A stretch of DNA of 64,000 nucleotides from Lama guanicoe (Eukaryota). Position numbers and translations under genes: made by a program. The notes below the pieces were generated by a model. It saw only the letters and a list, made by a program, of their open reading frames with translations, had not been told where the DNA came from and did not search any database. Position 1 is the first letter of the stretch. Every line of letters begins with the position of its first letter. Below, piece after piece: positions 38,500-51,956 of this stretch. The stretch covers positions 8,676,970-8,740,969 of the forward strand of contig MU056000.1 of the NCBI GenBank assembly GCA_013239625.1, given 5' to 3'.

Positions 38500-39900
38500 A
38501 GTATAATTAATTTGTTCAAGAAATTGAAAAAAATCAGCCGAAAACTGGAAGTCACACAAAACATAAAATTTAAAATACATAACTAATATCTACAGTTTCT
38601 GAAATTAAGAATTCATTGGGTGAGTTTCACAATAGTTCAGACCTATTAAGACAGAATTAGTGCCTGAAAGTTAGTTTCAAAAGAAGTTTGAGATGGAAGT
38701 ACAGAGAGGAAAAATAATTGCAAAACTTGGAAAAGACTGTAAGAGACACACGGAATACAGGGAAAGTGCTAACATATATGTAGTTGAAGTGACAAAAAAT
38801 AGAAGAGAGAGGGACTACTTGATGAAATAATTAGTAACATTTTTTGAAAACAAGAGACAAAAGTCACAAAATCAAGCCAGTTAGAGCCCAAATGTAAATG
38901 ATGCTTTAAAGCCACTCTGGGGCACATCAAAATGTAACTGTCAGAAACTGCCATAAAGCAGCCAGAAGATAAAGAGAAAAAAAGGCTCCTTAAATGAGCA
39001 ATAATAAAATTGAACACTGACATCTTAACTGAAACAAAGAAATCCAAAGACAGTGGAATGGTATCTTAGAAACACAAATTTGAAAAGACACATACACCCC
39101 AATGTTCTTAGTGGCATTATTTACAATAGCCAAAATATGGAGGCAACCTAAAAGTGTCCAACAGCAGATGACTGGATAAAGATGTTTTAGCTGTATACAC
39201 ACACACACACACACATACAATGGGATGTTAATCAGCCATCAAAGAGTGAAATTTTGCCATTTGCAGTAACATGGATGGACCTGGAAGGTATTAAGCTTAG
39301 TGACTTAAGTCAGAGAGAGAAAGATAGATACTGCCATTATATGTGGAATCTAAAAGATAAATAAATGAATATAACAGAACAGAAACAGACTCACAGATAG
39401 AGAGAACGAACTAGTCATTACCAGTGGAGAGAGGGAAGAGGGGAGTGGCACGATAGGGGTAAGGGGCTAAGTGGTACAAACTATTACCTAGAAGGTAAAT
39501 AAGCTATAAAATATTTTGTACAACATGGGAAATATAGCCAATATTTTATAACAATTTTTAATGGAGTATAATCTATAAAAATATTGAATCACTCTGCTGT
39601 ACACCTGAAACTAATGTAATACTGTAAATTAACTATATTTCAATAAAAAAAATCATGTTCTACACTTGGGAAAAAAACACTGAAGAAATACAAGTGCCAA
39701 CCTTCTATATCTAGCAAAAAATGTATTTTAAATATGAAGGCGTAATGAAGATTCTTCAAAAAAGCAAACTCTGATATAATTGATCACTACAATAGCAAAA
39801 TAGAAAAAGATAATCTTGACACATAAGGGAAATACAGTGTAGAAAATAAAGAAGAATGAAGGACAGCAATAGGTAAATATATGGGATTCTAACTGAATAT
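38500..39900 (+). mobile_element. Old L1 ORF1/HAL1-like remnant, split by a younger L1 at 39076-39672
   Basis: A-rich ORF1-like sequence. agacagtggaatggtatctt (about 39048-39067) resumes as tgaagaaatacaagtgccaaccttctatatctagcaaaa (about 39681) after the insert. Confidence 0.65.
39076..39652 (+). mobile_element. LINE-1 3' end (end of ORF2, 3'UTR, poly-A)
   Basis: caccccaatgttc...ttatttacaatagccaaaatatggaggcaacctaa...gctgtacacctgaaactaat...caataaaaaaaa. Internal (CA)n near 39196-39214. Confidence 0.92.
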
Positions 39901-41326
39901 AACTGCAGAAAGCAAAACCCAGGATATCCAGTTTGGTTAAAATATTTATGGAATTAAAATATGCCTCAATGTTATGATGTGAGATGGCAGTGGATGAGTT
40001 AAATTCCCCCTTTGTTCAGGAAGTAGTAAAGAAGAGGAATATAAATATTGGACATCAACACATCAGGAGTTCAGTTTGTAATTAATCTCTACGGCCATTG
40101 GTCATAGTGTCTATTCATTTGTAACTGAAATTTAATAAGAAATTCTGTTCCTTACTCATTCTTGCATTGCTTACAAATCAAAGATGTGCTGTAGGAAGGG
40201 CGGCCGTAGACCCACAGCCCATCCCTTCTTAAGCCACTTACCAGAGTTTGAACCTTCATCAGGCAGGGGGCTAAAGACTGAAGTGCGAAGCTTCTAAATG
40301 TCAGAACTTAAGGAACAGAGATTCTTGAGAAATTCATCAAAAGCCCGAGAGAGCCGTGCATGAAGATCAAGGGTGAGCTGATACAGATGTGGGCTGAATC
40401 CTAAGAGAAGTTCAGTTCTCTTTGGCCCCAGTACTTGGTTGAGTTGAGGTGATCCTCTCTTTATGTTTTCTACCTGAGAGGAGAGAGGAACCCTCTGGAG
40501 AAATGTATCTAGAGTTTCATTTTTATTTCATAACAATGTTCAGCATAAAATAAAAATTTACTAGACAGGCGAAGAGACAGAAAGAAAAACGTGATAGATA
40601 ATAAACAGAACATAGCAGAGCTTCAGAGACGTGGGAGGGGGAACTAGTCAAAGGTCTGATGTTTATAAACTTGAAATCTCAGGAGAAGAGGGAGAGAGAA
40701 TGAGGAAGCAGAATTCTTTGATAAAATTAAGGCTGAGAATTTTCCTAAACTGAAGAAAAACATTAAACAAACAGTATAATAAATAGATGCTGTGTTTTAC
40801 ATTCATGCAGTGGGACATCGTACAGCAGTAATAATGCCACAATATGAATGAAGCTGGATACAAAAGAATGAATTGTGTGATTTCGTTATATAAATTTCAA
40901 AACCATAGAATACTAATTTATACAGTCAGAAGTCAGGACATTTGTCACCTTTGGGAGCAGGAAGTGGGTATTGACTGGGAAGGTACATTTTGGGGTTTTC
41001 TGGAGTATGGTTTTAGCTGAATAATTTGCTGCCCTCTAAAATAAAAGGAGGATATTAGTAGCAACAAAAAAAAAAAAGAAAAAAGAAAAGGAAGAATGGA
41101 TTTCAAATAGATAATGCTGCCTTAAACCTCTTGAAACCCAACTCCTTAAATGTGCAAATAGCTCTCCACCCACACTGTCCTTCTTGGACACTACTGCTAT
41201 CTGTCTCTGTGATGTTCTCCCTGCTGCAGTTAAGTCTAATAAAGGTGACTTCAAGATGCCCATCCACCCACCCCTACACACAGAGATACATGAAGGTCTA
41301 AGTTTATATATGCGTCTATATGGATA

Positions 41327-41836
41327 TGTCACATGAAAAAAAGACACAACCTAAAAGCTGAGGTTTATATTTTATTTGGTGGACTTTCTGGGGACTTACT
41401 TGAGCCTGGGAGACAGCCTCTCAGATGATTCTGAGGGGCTGCTCTGAAGACGTAGGGGAGGAGCCAGGATGTAGAGGAGTTTTGCAACAAAGACCAGGTT
41501 GTCAGAATATCAAAAGATTCCTGTTAATTAAATAATACCAGACATCTCAAGTTAAGGAATTTAGTGCTCTTCTCTGCATGGGAAGGAGCAAAAGTCTATG
41601 CTCATTGGAATCATTCCTTTCACGTGCACCTGGGTGTCTGGGGCCAGTGTCCTGTTCTTTCCGGTGCCGAGTCCCCTCAGGGGACACCGTTGGGGGTGGC
41701 TGCAGAGGCCAGGCTTCCTGCTTGTCTCCATGCTGAATTCCCTCCCATCCTCCCGGGGGCAGATGTAGTGGCTGATGCCTTCATGGCCCTAGCATCCTTT
41801 GTTTACTGAAATGGCAGGCAACGTTTTTCATTCACA
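41327..41836 (-). mobile_element. ERV1-class solo LTR, MER41-like (artiodactyl type)
   Basis: TG...CA ends. The minus strand starts tgtgaatgaaaaacgttgcctgccatttcagtaaacaaaggatg. AATAAA lies on the minus strand near 41371-41376. Flanks are gata and ggta (4-bp TSD with one mismatch). Confidence 0.8.
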
Positions 41837-41954
41837 GGTATTATTTCAGTGGTCTTTTTGGTAATTCACTAATCAAAAACCCTATTTTCTGGATAAGAGG
41901 CTCATATCAGCAGCCCATTAATAGGCTTCTATATGCAAAGTATACACGTGTTTT

Positions 41955-42144
41955 ATTTTATTTTATTTATTTTTTATTGAACTATAGTCAGTGTATACTG
42001 TTGTGTCAGCTTCAGGTGTACAGCATAATGTTTCAGTCATACACATACATACATGTATTCATTTTCATATTCTTTTTCATTACTTGCAGATTATTACAAG
42101 ATACTGAATATAGTTCCCTGTGCTAGACAGAAGCAGTGTTGTTT
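41955..42144 (-). mobile_element. Short LINE-1 3' end with a decayed 12-bp TSD
   Basis: (ttta)n tail followed by ttgaactatagtcagtgtatactgttgtgtcagcttcaggtgtacagcata...gttccctgtgcta. Flanks are tacacgtgtttt and tacacgcatttt. Confidence 0.88.
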
Positions 42145-44306
42145 TACACGCATTTTAGACAGTCCCTTTCTTGAACATGTCCAAGAAATCTAAGAGCTTG
42201 TGCTGTACCGGCATTCATCTCACCCTGAAAAATCAAAAACTGATGAAGTTCATGGACAATATAAACTTCATAAGAATCTTAAGGGATTGTTGCATTGAGG
42301 GTAGACCTTTCCTTGAAAGCAGGGAAGGGTTTGTATAGATTCACTTGGAGAAGGGCACTGACGTCCCCTCGTGACTCTCCCTTTGCTCACGTGCTGTCAT
42401 TTTGCTGGTATGGAAGCGGGGCTTGGTGAGGCTTCCCTGTTCTTCGGAAGCCCTGAACACGCGGTGGCATAGGGGTTGGGGGAGTAGTCTGTCCCAAAAG
42501 GAGGCAAAGACGTGAACTTTCAAATCATTAAATTATTCAAGTGTGGGAAATTATAAGTTCTTAAATTACCAACCAATCCAAATTTTTTTTCTGCTAAGAG
42601 GAACATTTCTGCGTGAAAGGGCCATTACTTCCTAGAGTCACACTGTTATCTTTAGCAGATACTTGTCCAGACTCGTACATGTTCACGGGAGTCGTTCGGA
42701 AGTCCCAGACTTCAGCAGCTATTACACAGGTGAAGCAAATACAAACCAACACAGAAACAGGCAGTCACAGTGGGCCTCCCGTTGAAGCATAGTTTATCAC
42801 AACTGAAATAGCGATTATTGGTAGAGCTAACAATTCCAATTATCTAACAAAATATATCAGGAGAAACACCTTAACACCTGCAAGATTGTTGCGTGTTGAG
42901 CATCATAAAATTCAGCATAGTCCTTTGAATTACTAACTGGGAACTTCTAAAACTAGACGGTGATGTCATATTTATTCAAAATTTCTGTCATTCGGATTTT
43001 TAAAACTGTTTTAAAACCTAGGTTTTAAGTCTCCATGGATATTACACATTATGCATTTTGTTCTTTCTAATCTGATTGAATTTCTGGAAGACTGTGACAT
43101 CTTTTGACTTATTGCAAAACAAATAAGGCAACGGTAAAAATGAGCTTGGTGTTGTTTTGAATCTCCTTGCAGATCAGAGCTCGAGCTCACAGGCATCCAT
43201 AACCTGAATATAAAGATGTTTTGATAAACTATTGCATGTAATTCTTAGAATAATGAAAACAATTTAATAATTAATGCAAAGTTAAAATATAAGTCATTAT
43301 GACTATGTAATGCTTATAACTGGGGCTTTATCTCACTAAAGTGGGATATTTAGAAGAACATAAATGGTACGTGGCCACATTCAAATTGCACAGTTTCCAC
43401 AAAGTGATGATAATGATGATAATTACAAGATACAGTTTCCTTGGCTACTGCACAAAGTGTAGAAGGTCTCAGACTAAGCCCAGCTGGTCAGTGGGGCTAA
43501 AAGTCGTGGCACAATCTGCAGAGCAGGCCAGGGAGCCTAGTTCAAGGTTGCATCAGCCTGGAAATTGCAGAAGTGGCCCCAAGGGTGAGTATTAGCTCAC
43601 CCATCGAAGGATGATTGATGATGAATTAGAGCAGGAAGTGAGTTTATTACTATAATTTAGGGAGTAATGGGAGGCATCAGAAGGTTTTTTTTTTATTATA
43701 CTCTCTAAAATACTTCCCTTTAATTTGTTTATTAAAGAAACAATGTCCTTAAACATATGATATGCATTGAGGGACATATTATTGAATACTGAATGATCTC
43801 TATCCTCAAATAAATGACAGTCCAGCTAAGATAGCAGAGTATTTTTTTCAGTTTCAGTTAGTGTTGTCTGTGAAGGTATAAACTCAGGGCTTGGGGTACA
43901 CAGCAGGAAGAGAACCCTCTGAAAGCTGCAGAAATACCACAAGGCGGCACATAGAACAGGAGTGTTGAGAGATATAAGATACAGCATTAAGGGAGAGGTC
44001 TTTTGAAATATGTACAAAGAGTCAAACCTGGGTATGGTGGTAAGCAGAGGACTGATGCCCACTGGAGAAAGACTGATTGGTGTTCCTGGTAGGTGGTAAT
44101 TGTTGGAGCAAGATCGGGTCTAGGCAGGGACTGGGTAAATTTTACAGTTAGACATTCATTATAGTAGATAAATTCCCTCTTTTAAAATGCAAAGGTAGGC
44201 ACTAGTTAAGCACACAATAAGTCAGATATCTTAATAGCGGATAAGCTAAATGAAACTCAAGCACATGGTAGGAATTTAGGAAACTTTTCTTGACTTCTAT
44301 CTAAAA

Positions 44307-44436
44307 GCAATTCTTCTCAACCCTGTGTGACATTACCCTCCAGGAGACATTTGCAAATGACTAGAGACATGTTGTTTATCACAACTGGAGAAGGGACATT
44401 CTTGGCATCTACTGGGTAGAGGTTGAGGATGATCCT
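44307..44436 (+). mobile_element. MER20 (hAT-Charlie) fragment
   Basis: ttctcaacc...ccctccaggagacatttgcaaatgactagagacat...tcacaactgg...tggcatctactgggtagagg. Confidence 0.85.
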
Positions 44437-46564
44437 ATTTCCTTAATTTAGCAAAATCCTGGTGAGATGTTTCCATGAGTTCTGTGATGTCTTAGTCTTT
44501 TAAAGGAACTGTTCTTCAGCTCCTAGAGATTACTTGTAACTTTTCTGAATTTGTAATCATTACGCAAAAAGCCCTTAACATTTAGATAAGATATTCAGTA
44601 ACTGCTTAATGGTGACTACACACATACTTATGTTTTTGACTCTGATTCCTCATCTCCTGATCAATTTTTTTTAATATATAATTGAAGTACAAACATTCCT
44701 CTGATTTCAGTGTTAACCAATAATACACCTCTGGTCTTTGAAAAATGTGCATGCCAGTGATCTCCTTTGCCTCTCTGTAATATTGCTGCCAATTCCTGGT
44801 GATTAAACTCAAGTCCACCAGGTAGTTTATGCTTCTAAATTGATGCCAAAGCCCCCAAAAGTTATTGTGATTAATACAATTTAATTAATTAGTTGAGCCA
44901 GGCATACAGATCTAAAACTGAGCATAGATAGAAAAACAAATTAGGTTATTTTAAAATAATGAATAAGTTGTACTCTAAAAGTTTACATTTATTTTGGATT
45001 AAGAATGTCTCTTGTCAGGGAAACAATTTTGGGAATGAAGGTTAAGGTCATTTTCAAGGAATATTTATGGCATAAGGTCTCTAGATCTAGAAAGAGTTCT
45101 CCCAGTCTCTTGGGCGTGAATCCTTACTCTGCCAAGCATTGCACCCCCAAAATTTTGGTAAAACTTTATTTTAACCCAAATGATAAGTTGATTATCTAGG
45201 AAAAAACCTGCAGTGTATATGGTAAACTAGAATAGATCAGAAAAACCATTTTGGTTACATCAATTTTGAATACAACCCCAATGTGGCAGAAGCAGTAAGA
45301 GAGATTGTCATTTAAAAAAGGAAAGGTATAAAAAAGTTAGCATGGACCACTCAGCTGGAGGTTGATGTGCCAGATATGATCATTCTGGTTACTGTAATGA
45401 GATCAATGGTTAGAAAATAATCACGCTTGGGAAAATTCTGGAATCTATCATAAAGCTGATAGTGGCAGACCTCAAGAGTCTGAGACCCCCAGACATTAGT
45501 TGCTAAGAATTTAGAAGCAAAAAATATTTAGATGTAGGTATTAAGTATATGATAATACTGTTACTATACATTAGTTCAATATTTGCTTATTGGACCTGTT
45601 ATTCATTATAGAAGAAAGTCTAGCTTTAAATTTAGGTGGAATGAGTAATGGATCTTTAAAATTTACATTTGAGCCAACTCTGCAGTCCTGTGCTCTGTAC
45701 ATCTAATCATTTTCTTTATATTTGGACAACATACATGTTATATAAATGTCAATAAATTATATTTAATATCTCTCTCCATTTAAGTCAAATACATGCTGAA
45801 GTGACTATCCTATGCATTGACAGTTTGGTTGTTACATGTCCTTTATACCAGGCAAGCTACAGCTGACAGTGAAATTCTCAGATAAAACTTTAAAATGTTT
45901 AGATGAAACTAACACACAACCACACGCATGTGCATGCTCGCTACACAGCACAGGCACACTGAGGAGCCAGAGGAAAGTCAGATCATCAACATGCTCAAAC
46001 TCCATTCCTTCCTTGTCAAACACCCTTCAATAACTTGGATATTTTCCTAGGTTAATTATTCTGTTACTGGGGACTTTGGTTATAATTAGCTGGAAGGCAC
46101 AGGTGGATGACTCATATTTAATTAAAATAAATTATCAAAAATGACTAGAATGTGTAATAAACAAGCTAAAAAAGCATACATTTTAATTTATTTCGTTTTA
46201 TTTGAAGAAATGTTCAGTACCTTTCATTTGGAAGAAGACTTGAGTAGGGATAAAAGTGTTGACATAGATAATACAATGTTCTGCTTAAATTTCTTTCATA
46301 AATAAGATAAAGAAGAGTAGAAAACAAACACGATCTAGTGGCCAAGGAAGAACAGTGAACCAAAGGGCTGCTAGAAGTCAGCCTGGTGGGTCAAGAGCAT
46401 CTTTTAAATCTGCAGTTTATGGTGATGTAGGTTGATCTCACTAATTTATTGAAAACAGGATAGATTCTTGTTATGAATTATAACTAAAAGGCTTTGTTTT
46501 ACTCTGCCCCAAAGTAATGATTAACTAGAAAGCATATATGCCAGATTAGTCAACATGTTTGCTT

Positions 46565-47365
46565 TAAGAAATCTGAAAAGAAGCTGGAGAGAGAAAGACA
46601 CGGCATCTTCAAAGAAACAACAGGAAGGCGACAACTGATGTCCGTACAGAAGTCCAGGAAGCTAAAGAATGCAGAATGCCATCTACAAAGGGTGAAAACC
46701 AGGCATCTGTCAACTTCAAATTCCAAAGGCATCAAAATATCATTCAAAAAGAAAAGATAAAAGAAAGACATTTTCAGGAAGATAAAATTGAAGAGAATTT
46801 GTTACTAGCAGAGCTTTATTAAATAAATACGTTTTTAATGGAGAAAGGTAATAATACTGGATGGGAGGTTGAACATGCAAATTTGAAAGAAGAGCATGGG
46901 AAATGGCAAAGGTATCAATAACAAGTGAATATTTTCTGTTAGAAACGATGTTGATAATGACTTGTGGAGTTAAAGTAAAGAGAATTAAATTGCATGACAA
47001 AAGTCCGTTGTGAGTCAAGAGGACAAATGAAATTAAACTGGTTGACGATAGTGATCAGGCAATGGCCTGCAATGGGAAGTAGTCAAAGTACTAAACTGAC
47101 AAGGCAAGGATGTCTGTTATAATTTCTGAGTAGTCACTTAAAAGCATAGTAAATGAGTCTTGTAACCTTATACACTTTATAAATCCACCAAGCTAACAGG
47201 AGAGTAAAATAGAATAACGAAAAACAATCAAACCAAGAGAAGTCAAAGAAAGAACAGAGAACCAAATAAGGAATGCAGGACTACGAGAAAGGGAGGTGAA
47301 TTTATTTCCAAATAAGAAGTTAGTTAAATACAAATGGACCAGATGCCCTAATTAAAGGACAATCT
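46565..47365 (+). mobile_element. Old L1 fragment (end of ORF1, inter-ORF region, start of ORF2)
   Basis: ctgtcaacttcaaattcc...aatatcattcaaaaagaaaagataaaagaaagacattttcag...gagaatttgttactagcaga, ending near aaatggaccagatgccctaattaaaggaca. Confidence 0.7.
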
Positions 47366-48920
47366 TACCAGCTTGGAGGCGTGTATCTAGAATGTAGAGA
47401 GTAAGACATTTGAAAATACCAAACAGCACAGATCGAGACATTAACAGGATTGCACTGACATAAATCTCCTCAGAGCGCTAACTAAAGGACATATTTCTAA
47501 AATTTGCCCAGAAAGCATAGGTGAACTTCCACTGTACACTTTTTCCAAAAGTACAGAGTATGAACAATTACATGTAACATTCTAGATCTAAATCTACAGC
47601 AGTTTACGAGAAGTATCAACTTTCATCTTCCGTTTGAATTCAATATTTTCAGGCTGAATTATACTCCCCTCCCAATTTCTCATCTGGCTCCTGTCACATT
47701 CTCTGTATCATTTAACAGCGTCATTCACCCAGTTCCCAAAGCTAGGAACTTGAGTGCAACAACAAATATTTCTTTTTTCCTCCAGCCTCGTCACTCCGTC
47801 AAAACCATTTCTAACGACTCTTCAGCCTACTGATCTCGCTTGGAGCTATCTCAATCAGGGAGCTGTCATAATAGCTTTGAGACAGGCTCTGAAGAAAAAG
47901 GATACGAGTCTCAACCTGTTCACTTCCGAGCAACATTCCCACCCATTTACTTGCAGTGTTTGAAATCTACACGCAAAAATATGCATAGCGGGAAGGCCTT
48001 TGTCAAGTTAAAACCTTATCCCCCAACATAGGGGGAGGTGTGATCCTTTTAATGAGGATTTCAACTTACATCAACCTGAAATATAAAATAAATAACTATA
48101 TTTCTTTGATTTTATAGTGACATGGAAAGTAAGATACACGGTGTGCATATGCCCGTAAATGCATGTAGACGTATGTGTGCAAATCTTATGGCATAATTTT
48201 GAAGATGTCAGAATGAGAAAAAGGTTAGTCTTAGAATCAAAGAAATATGTTGGTAGGCTAAAATGAATTATGCACCTCATCACTAGATCCACGGAAAAGA
48301 AATTCCATGGAAAGCTGTCCCCCTAAGAGATCATCCACTTTTGTTACTTCTAAGACTGTGAGTAGGTGGAGTTCCAGGGGAATCTTATCTGATTCCCATG
48401 CACATGCATGCGCTTGTCGGTCTGATATTTCTACTCGGTCATTCAGCAAAATGCGAATAAACTGAACAAGCTTAACATCAAATTAATATTCTCATCAGTA
48501 CCCAGCCCAGTTCCATGCCAAGTGATCTCTTAGGCGGATCAGCATTGCTGCTTCCTCCTCGCTCACACTGCGGGGATTGTATTATGCTCCATTCTCACGG
48601 CCAATGTCAAGTTGTTCTCGGGAACACAATTATTTTGTGCACGTGCTGCCCTCACCAAATTATGTTTTTTTTGAGACTCTAATGGGACCCATACCACTGC
48701 ATATGATGTCCGTATAATCTATAGTATGGTCATAAAGTTGAATAAAGTTATATAACTTGGAATTTTCAGGCGATAAATAAAAATAGTCAATTTGTGTACC
48801 ATGAAACTTCCTGGCAACCCTGTCACTTGCAAATCTGCTCTCAAATCATGAGACAGGAGAGCATTCCTTCACTGCACTGGCTTCATTATTTTAGAACGAG
48901 CATTCAATATTTAGGTCAAA

Positions 48921-49040
48921 CCTCTCTCTTTCTCTCTGTCTCTCTGTGTCTGTCTGTCTTTCTGTCTCTCTCTTCTTACCACCTCTCACCCAGGAACACA
49001 CAAACACGGACAGACACATGCATACAGAGAGAGAGAGAGA
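48921..49040. repeat. Imperfect (CT/GT)n tract and facing (CA/GA)n tract
   Basis: ctctctctttctctctgtctctctgtgtctgtc ... gacagacacatgcatacagagagagagagaga. Confidence 0.8.
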
Positions 49041-50526
49041 ATCACAAGAAACTTTAATTATGTAAATCTAGCATTACAGTGAACACTATAAAAAAGGAAA
49101 TAATACAAAATAGTAAAATAACCTAGGGAAAGGGAGGAAAAGTAGATGTGGAAGAAAATGAAATACTACCTTTCTTTCTTCTAATCTCTTTTTGTCCTCT
49201 CCATTATAATTACAACATACATGTGAATAACCATTATACCAATTCATTAGATTTAATGAGCTAGATAACTTTTCAATTTTAGAGAAACAATTATGCCATA
49301 AATACACATTTTGCAAAGTCATATTTCACGTTCAGGAACACAAAATTAATTCCTTTCATTGATATTAGCACTGAAGACATTTAGTGTACAAATTGCAACT
49401 CCATTTTTAAAAATATGTTCATTGTAGTTATTGGACTAATCTATTTCTTATATAACCTGTAGTGCTAGAGTGTCTGAAGGAAGGTGTGTTTAAAAAAGTA
49501 GGTATCCAACAAATCTTAAAAAAATCCCCTCTTTCTCTCTATCCTTCCTTCTCTCTCTCTTTCTCATTAAAATTGGTTGAGTGAAACGTGGCTGCCTTTC
49601 CTGACTTAGATTGACAAGGTGTCCAAGTTTTGATGAATTGTTTAAGTGTGAATATGGTTGCAATGTAAGTAGGAGGAAAGGTAGAAAGCCTTGGGAAAAT
49701 GGAATGTCTTCTTGAATATAAAGTAAGTGATGCTGCTATTACAAAACGGATATAGAGAAAGATATGAAATAATTACTAGGGAAACCAATCATAACGGAAA
49801 CCGCTAAAAAATGAATATTTTATATGCAATCAACAATCCTCCAGATCATGTGTGTAGTCCACTAGGGACTGCTAAGACAGTCCTCAGGTTGTAATATAGC
49901 CACTGCTGGGGTAGAATTGAGACAGGATTTGAGACTAGTATATCAAATATGCCTTGCAAGGCAAAGGGTAGTTTCCTTTAGTTTTGGAAATTACCGTTAA
50001 CAGTTTAGTTGCTATAAAGTCACTAATGCAGTGAGCGCTGGGGCAACTGATGGTAATCCCATGTACATCCTTTGTTTCAGGAAAAAAGTAAGATGATTTA
50101 TTGCTTTAGAATTGGTTCACTTGTAATTCCCAGTCAATTTCTCCCATAAAACCTGAATGCAGCAATACACTAAGGAGTGCTTTGTAAATGTCAAGGTATA
50201 ACGCTAACATTTGATTGCAGTTATTATAATTATTTCTCAAACTCTGGAATGTGAGAGGTTTCTATTGCCAGTAAAAATTATTGTCACACTATGCAAATGT
50301 AAGAGAATATTAAATAATTACACTGTTATTTACAGGCCTCTTTTGGTGGCAAAAAAATGACTTCATTTTTTCAGATTAAGTATACCCGTACAACTTGTAC
50401 AGTTTTAGAAGGCTTATGTGGAAAATTGCACACCTACAAAAAGTATACTTAGAATAATATACTGTGTACCCTGAAATTCCTACTAAGTTTCACAGGGGAA
50501 ATGTTTCACCTGAGATTGATTGAGTC

Positions 50527-50672
50527 TTTTTTTTTAAAATTATTTTATTTATTTATTTTTTATGTATTTTTATTTGTTAACATTTTTCATTGAATTATAG
50601 TCAGTTTACAATGCTGTGTCAGATTCCAGTGTACAGCACAATTTTTCAGTTATACATGAACATGCATTTTCA
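50527..50672 (-). mobile_element. Short LINE-1 3' end with a long T-rich tail
   Basis: aacatttttcattgaattatagtcagtttacaatgctgtgtcagattccagtgtacagcacaatttttcagttatacatgaa. Possible short TSD agtcttt on both sides. Confidence 0.85.
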
Positions 50673-51253
50673 CTTTTCAGTCTTTGAAATTCTTTATATT
50701 ATGTTTAAGAATGATCTTATTCTTTAACTGACTTCAAAGCCTAGAACTGACTAAATTTTCTATCAACCAATATTTCAAGCTAAATCCTCAATCAGTTCCT
50801 TCTGTTTTGACCTTTGCACAAACAAACACCTCCACCCAACCTATCAAAGTAATTAATTGAGCATCATTGAAATTTAGACTGTGTGGTACTTACCTAGAAA
50901 GCCTTAAAATTCATTTCCAACCAACCTGTTGATAATTTAAAATTTGATTTGGTTTGCTAATGTTGTATCTTGGTCTCACAATAATTATTTGTTGGATAAA
51001 CCATAACACCAAATAATTTAAATTATTCAGTGACTGGACTCTCCAGTAGTTTGATTTAACTTCAGTGTGGATTTTGAAATAAAATCTATTGCCTTCTTCC
51101 TCTTAAAACAAATCCATTGGTCCTTTCAAGGAGCATTTTACAAACTACAATGTTCAAACAACGACAACAACAACAGAGCTTCGTGTCTACTTACTTCTGT
51201 TTCATTTTTATTCGCTTCCAGAAAGGAGAATCTATAGTAAAGTCAACTTGAGC

Positions 51254-51296
51254 AATTGTTTAAGGAAGAATTGTTTAAGGAAGACAGTTTAAAGAA
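51254..51296. repeat. 15-bp tandem repeat (2 perfect copies plus 1 degenerate copy)
   Basis: aattgtttaaggaag aattgtttaaggaag acagtttaaagaa. Confidence 0.85.
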
Positions 51297-51426
51297 TTTA
51301 TGATTTATGGGATGCTTCTGGAATTATTTTACCTAAGTAATAGAAGTTTGATCAGTCACTTCATCTGAGAATATAAGCAGTGTTTCTCTCATCTCATCTA
51401 TGAAACTCAGGCTATCAGACACTTCC

Positions 51427-51945
51427 TGTGCGACACCTCACTTCCGATCAGTCTCCCATGTCCTCACTCTGCTGTATCAACTAACTTCACAGAGATAACC
51501 CAGCAGCACCTTGCTCAGACGCACCACGTGCCTAAGGCTGCCTGTCTGGGATTTTCTCTGCTGCTGGGGCCTGGGGTCACTGGGATCCAGCTCTGCACTG
51601 AACCACACAGGTATCCAGAGATGTCTGTGAGCCCACGAGCCAGCCCTCGACCAGTGGGAAACTATAGTGGGTACCAGTGAATAAATACTCACCTCTCTGT
51701 CTCATCGCTAGTGGATTCTGTGATATATTCTCCATGGCTCCTCGTGGCATCATCCCAGTAGGGTCAAGTCCCACTTGCTCTCAGTAGTGATCAGCTTGAA
51801 AGACAAATCATTAAATTGGTTTTCCAACTTTCCATGTCTTAGTCTTCCCAATTTCCTGCATTGATTCCTTGGTATCAAGTCCCCAAATAAATTACTCATC
51901 TACAAGCCCAAGCCCTTCCTTCTGGGAGAAAACCAAGCTGAGACT
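51427..51945 (+). mobile_element. ERVL solo LTR, LTR16-like
   Basis: The 3' end ccccaaataaattact...ttctgggagaaaaccaagctgagac matches the LTR16-type terminus. Confidence 0.7.
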
Positions 51946-51956
51946 CTCATTATCTG

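Noticed and set aside
42659..42729. Possible small exon (ttagcag|...acag|gtgaag) encoding VPDFSSYY
   Set aside because: The splice sites are weak, and the short peptide resemblance to known proteins does not extend beyond a few residues.
48921..49040. Fold-back between CT-rich and GA-rich tracts as a structured RNA
   Set aside because: The complementarity comes from low-complexity microsatellite sequence.
21378..51296. Short direct repeats at 21378, 35339 and 51254 as a CRISPR-like or other functional array
   Set aside because: Each has only 2-3 adjacent copies with no unique spacers, in a mammalian context. They are ordinary tandem duplications.
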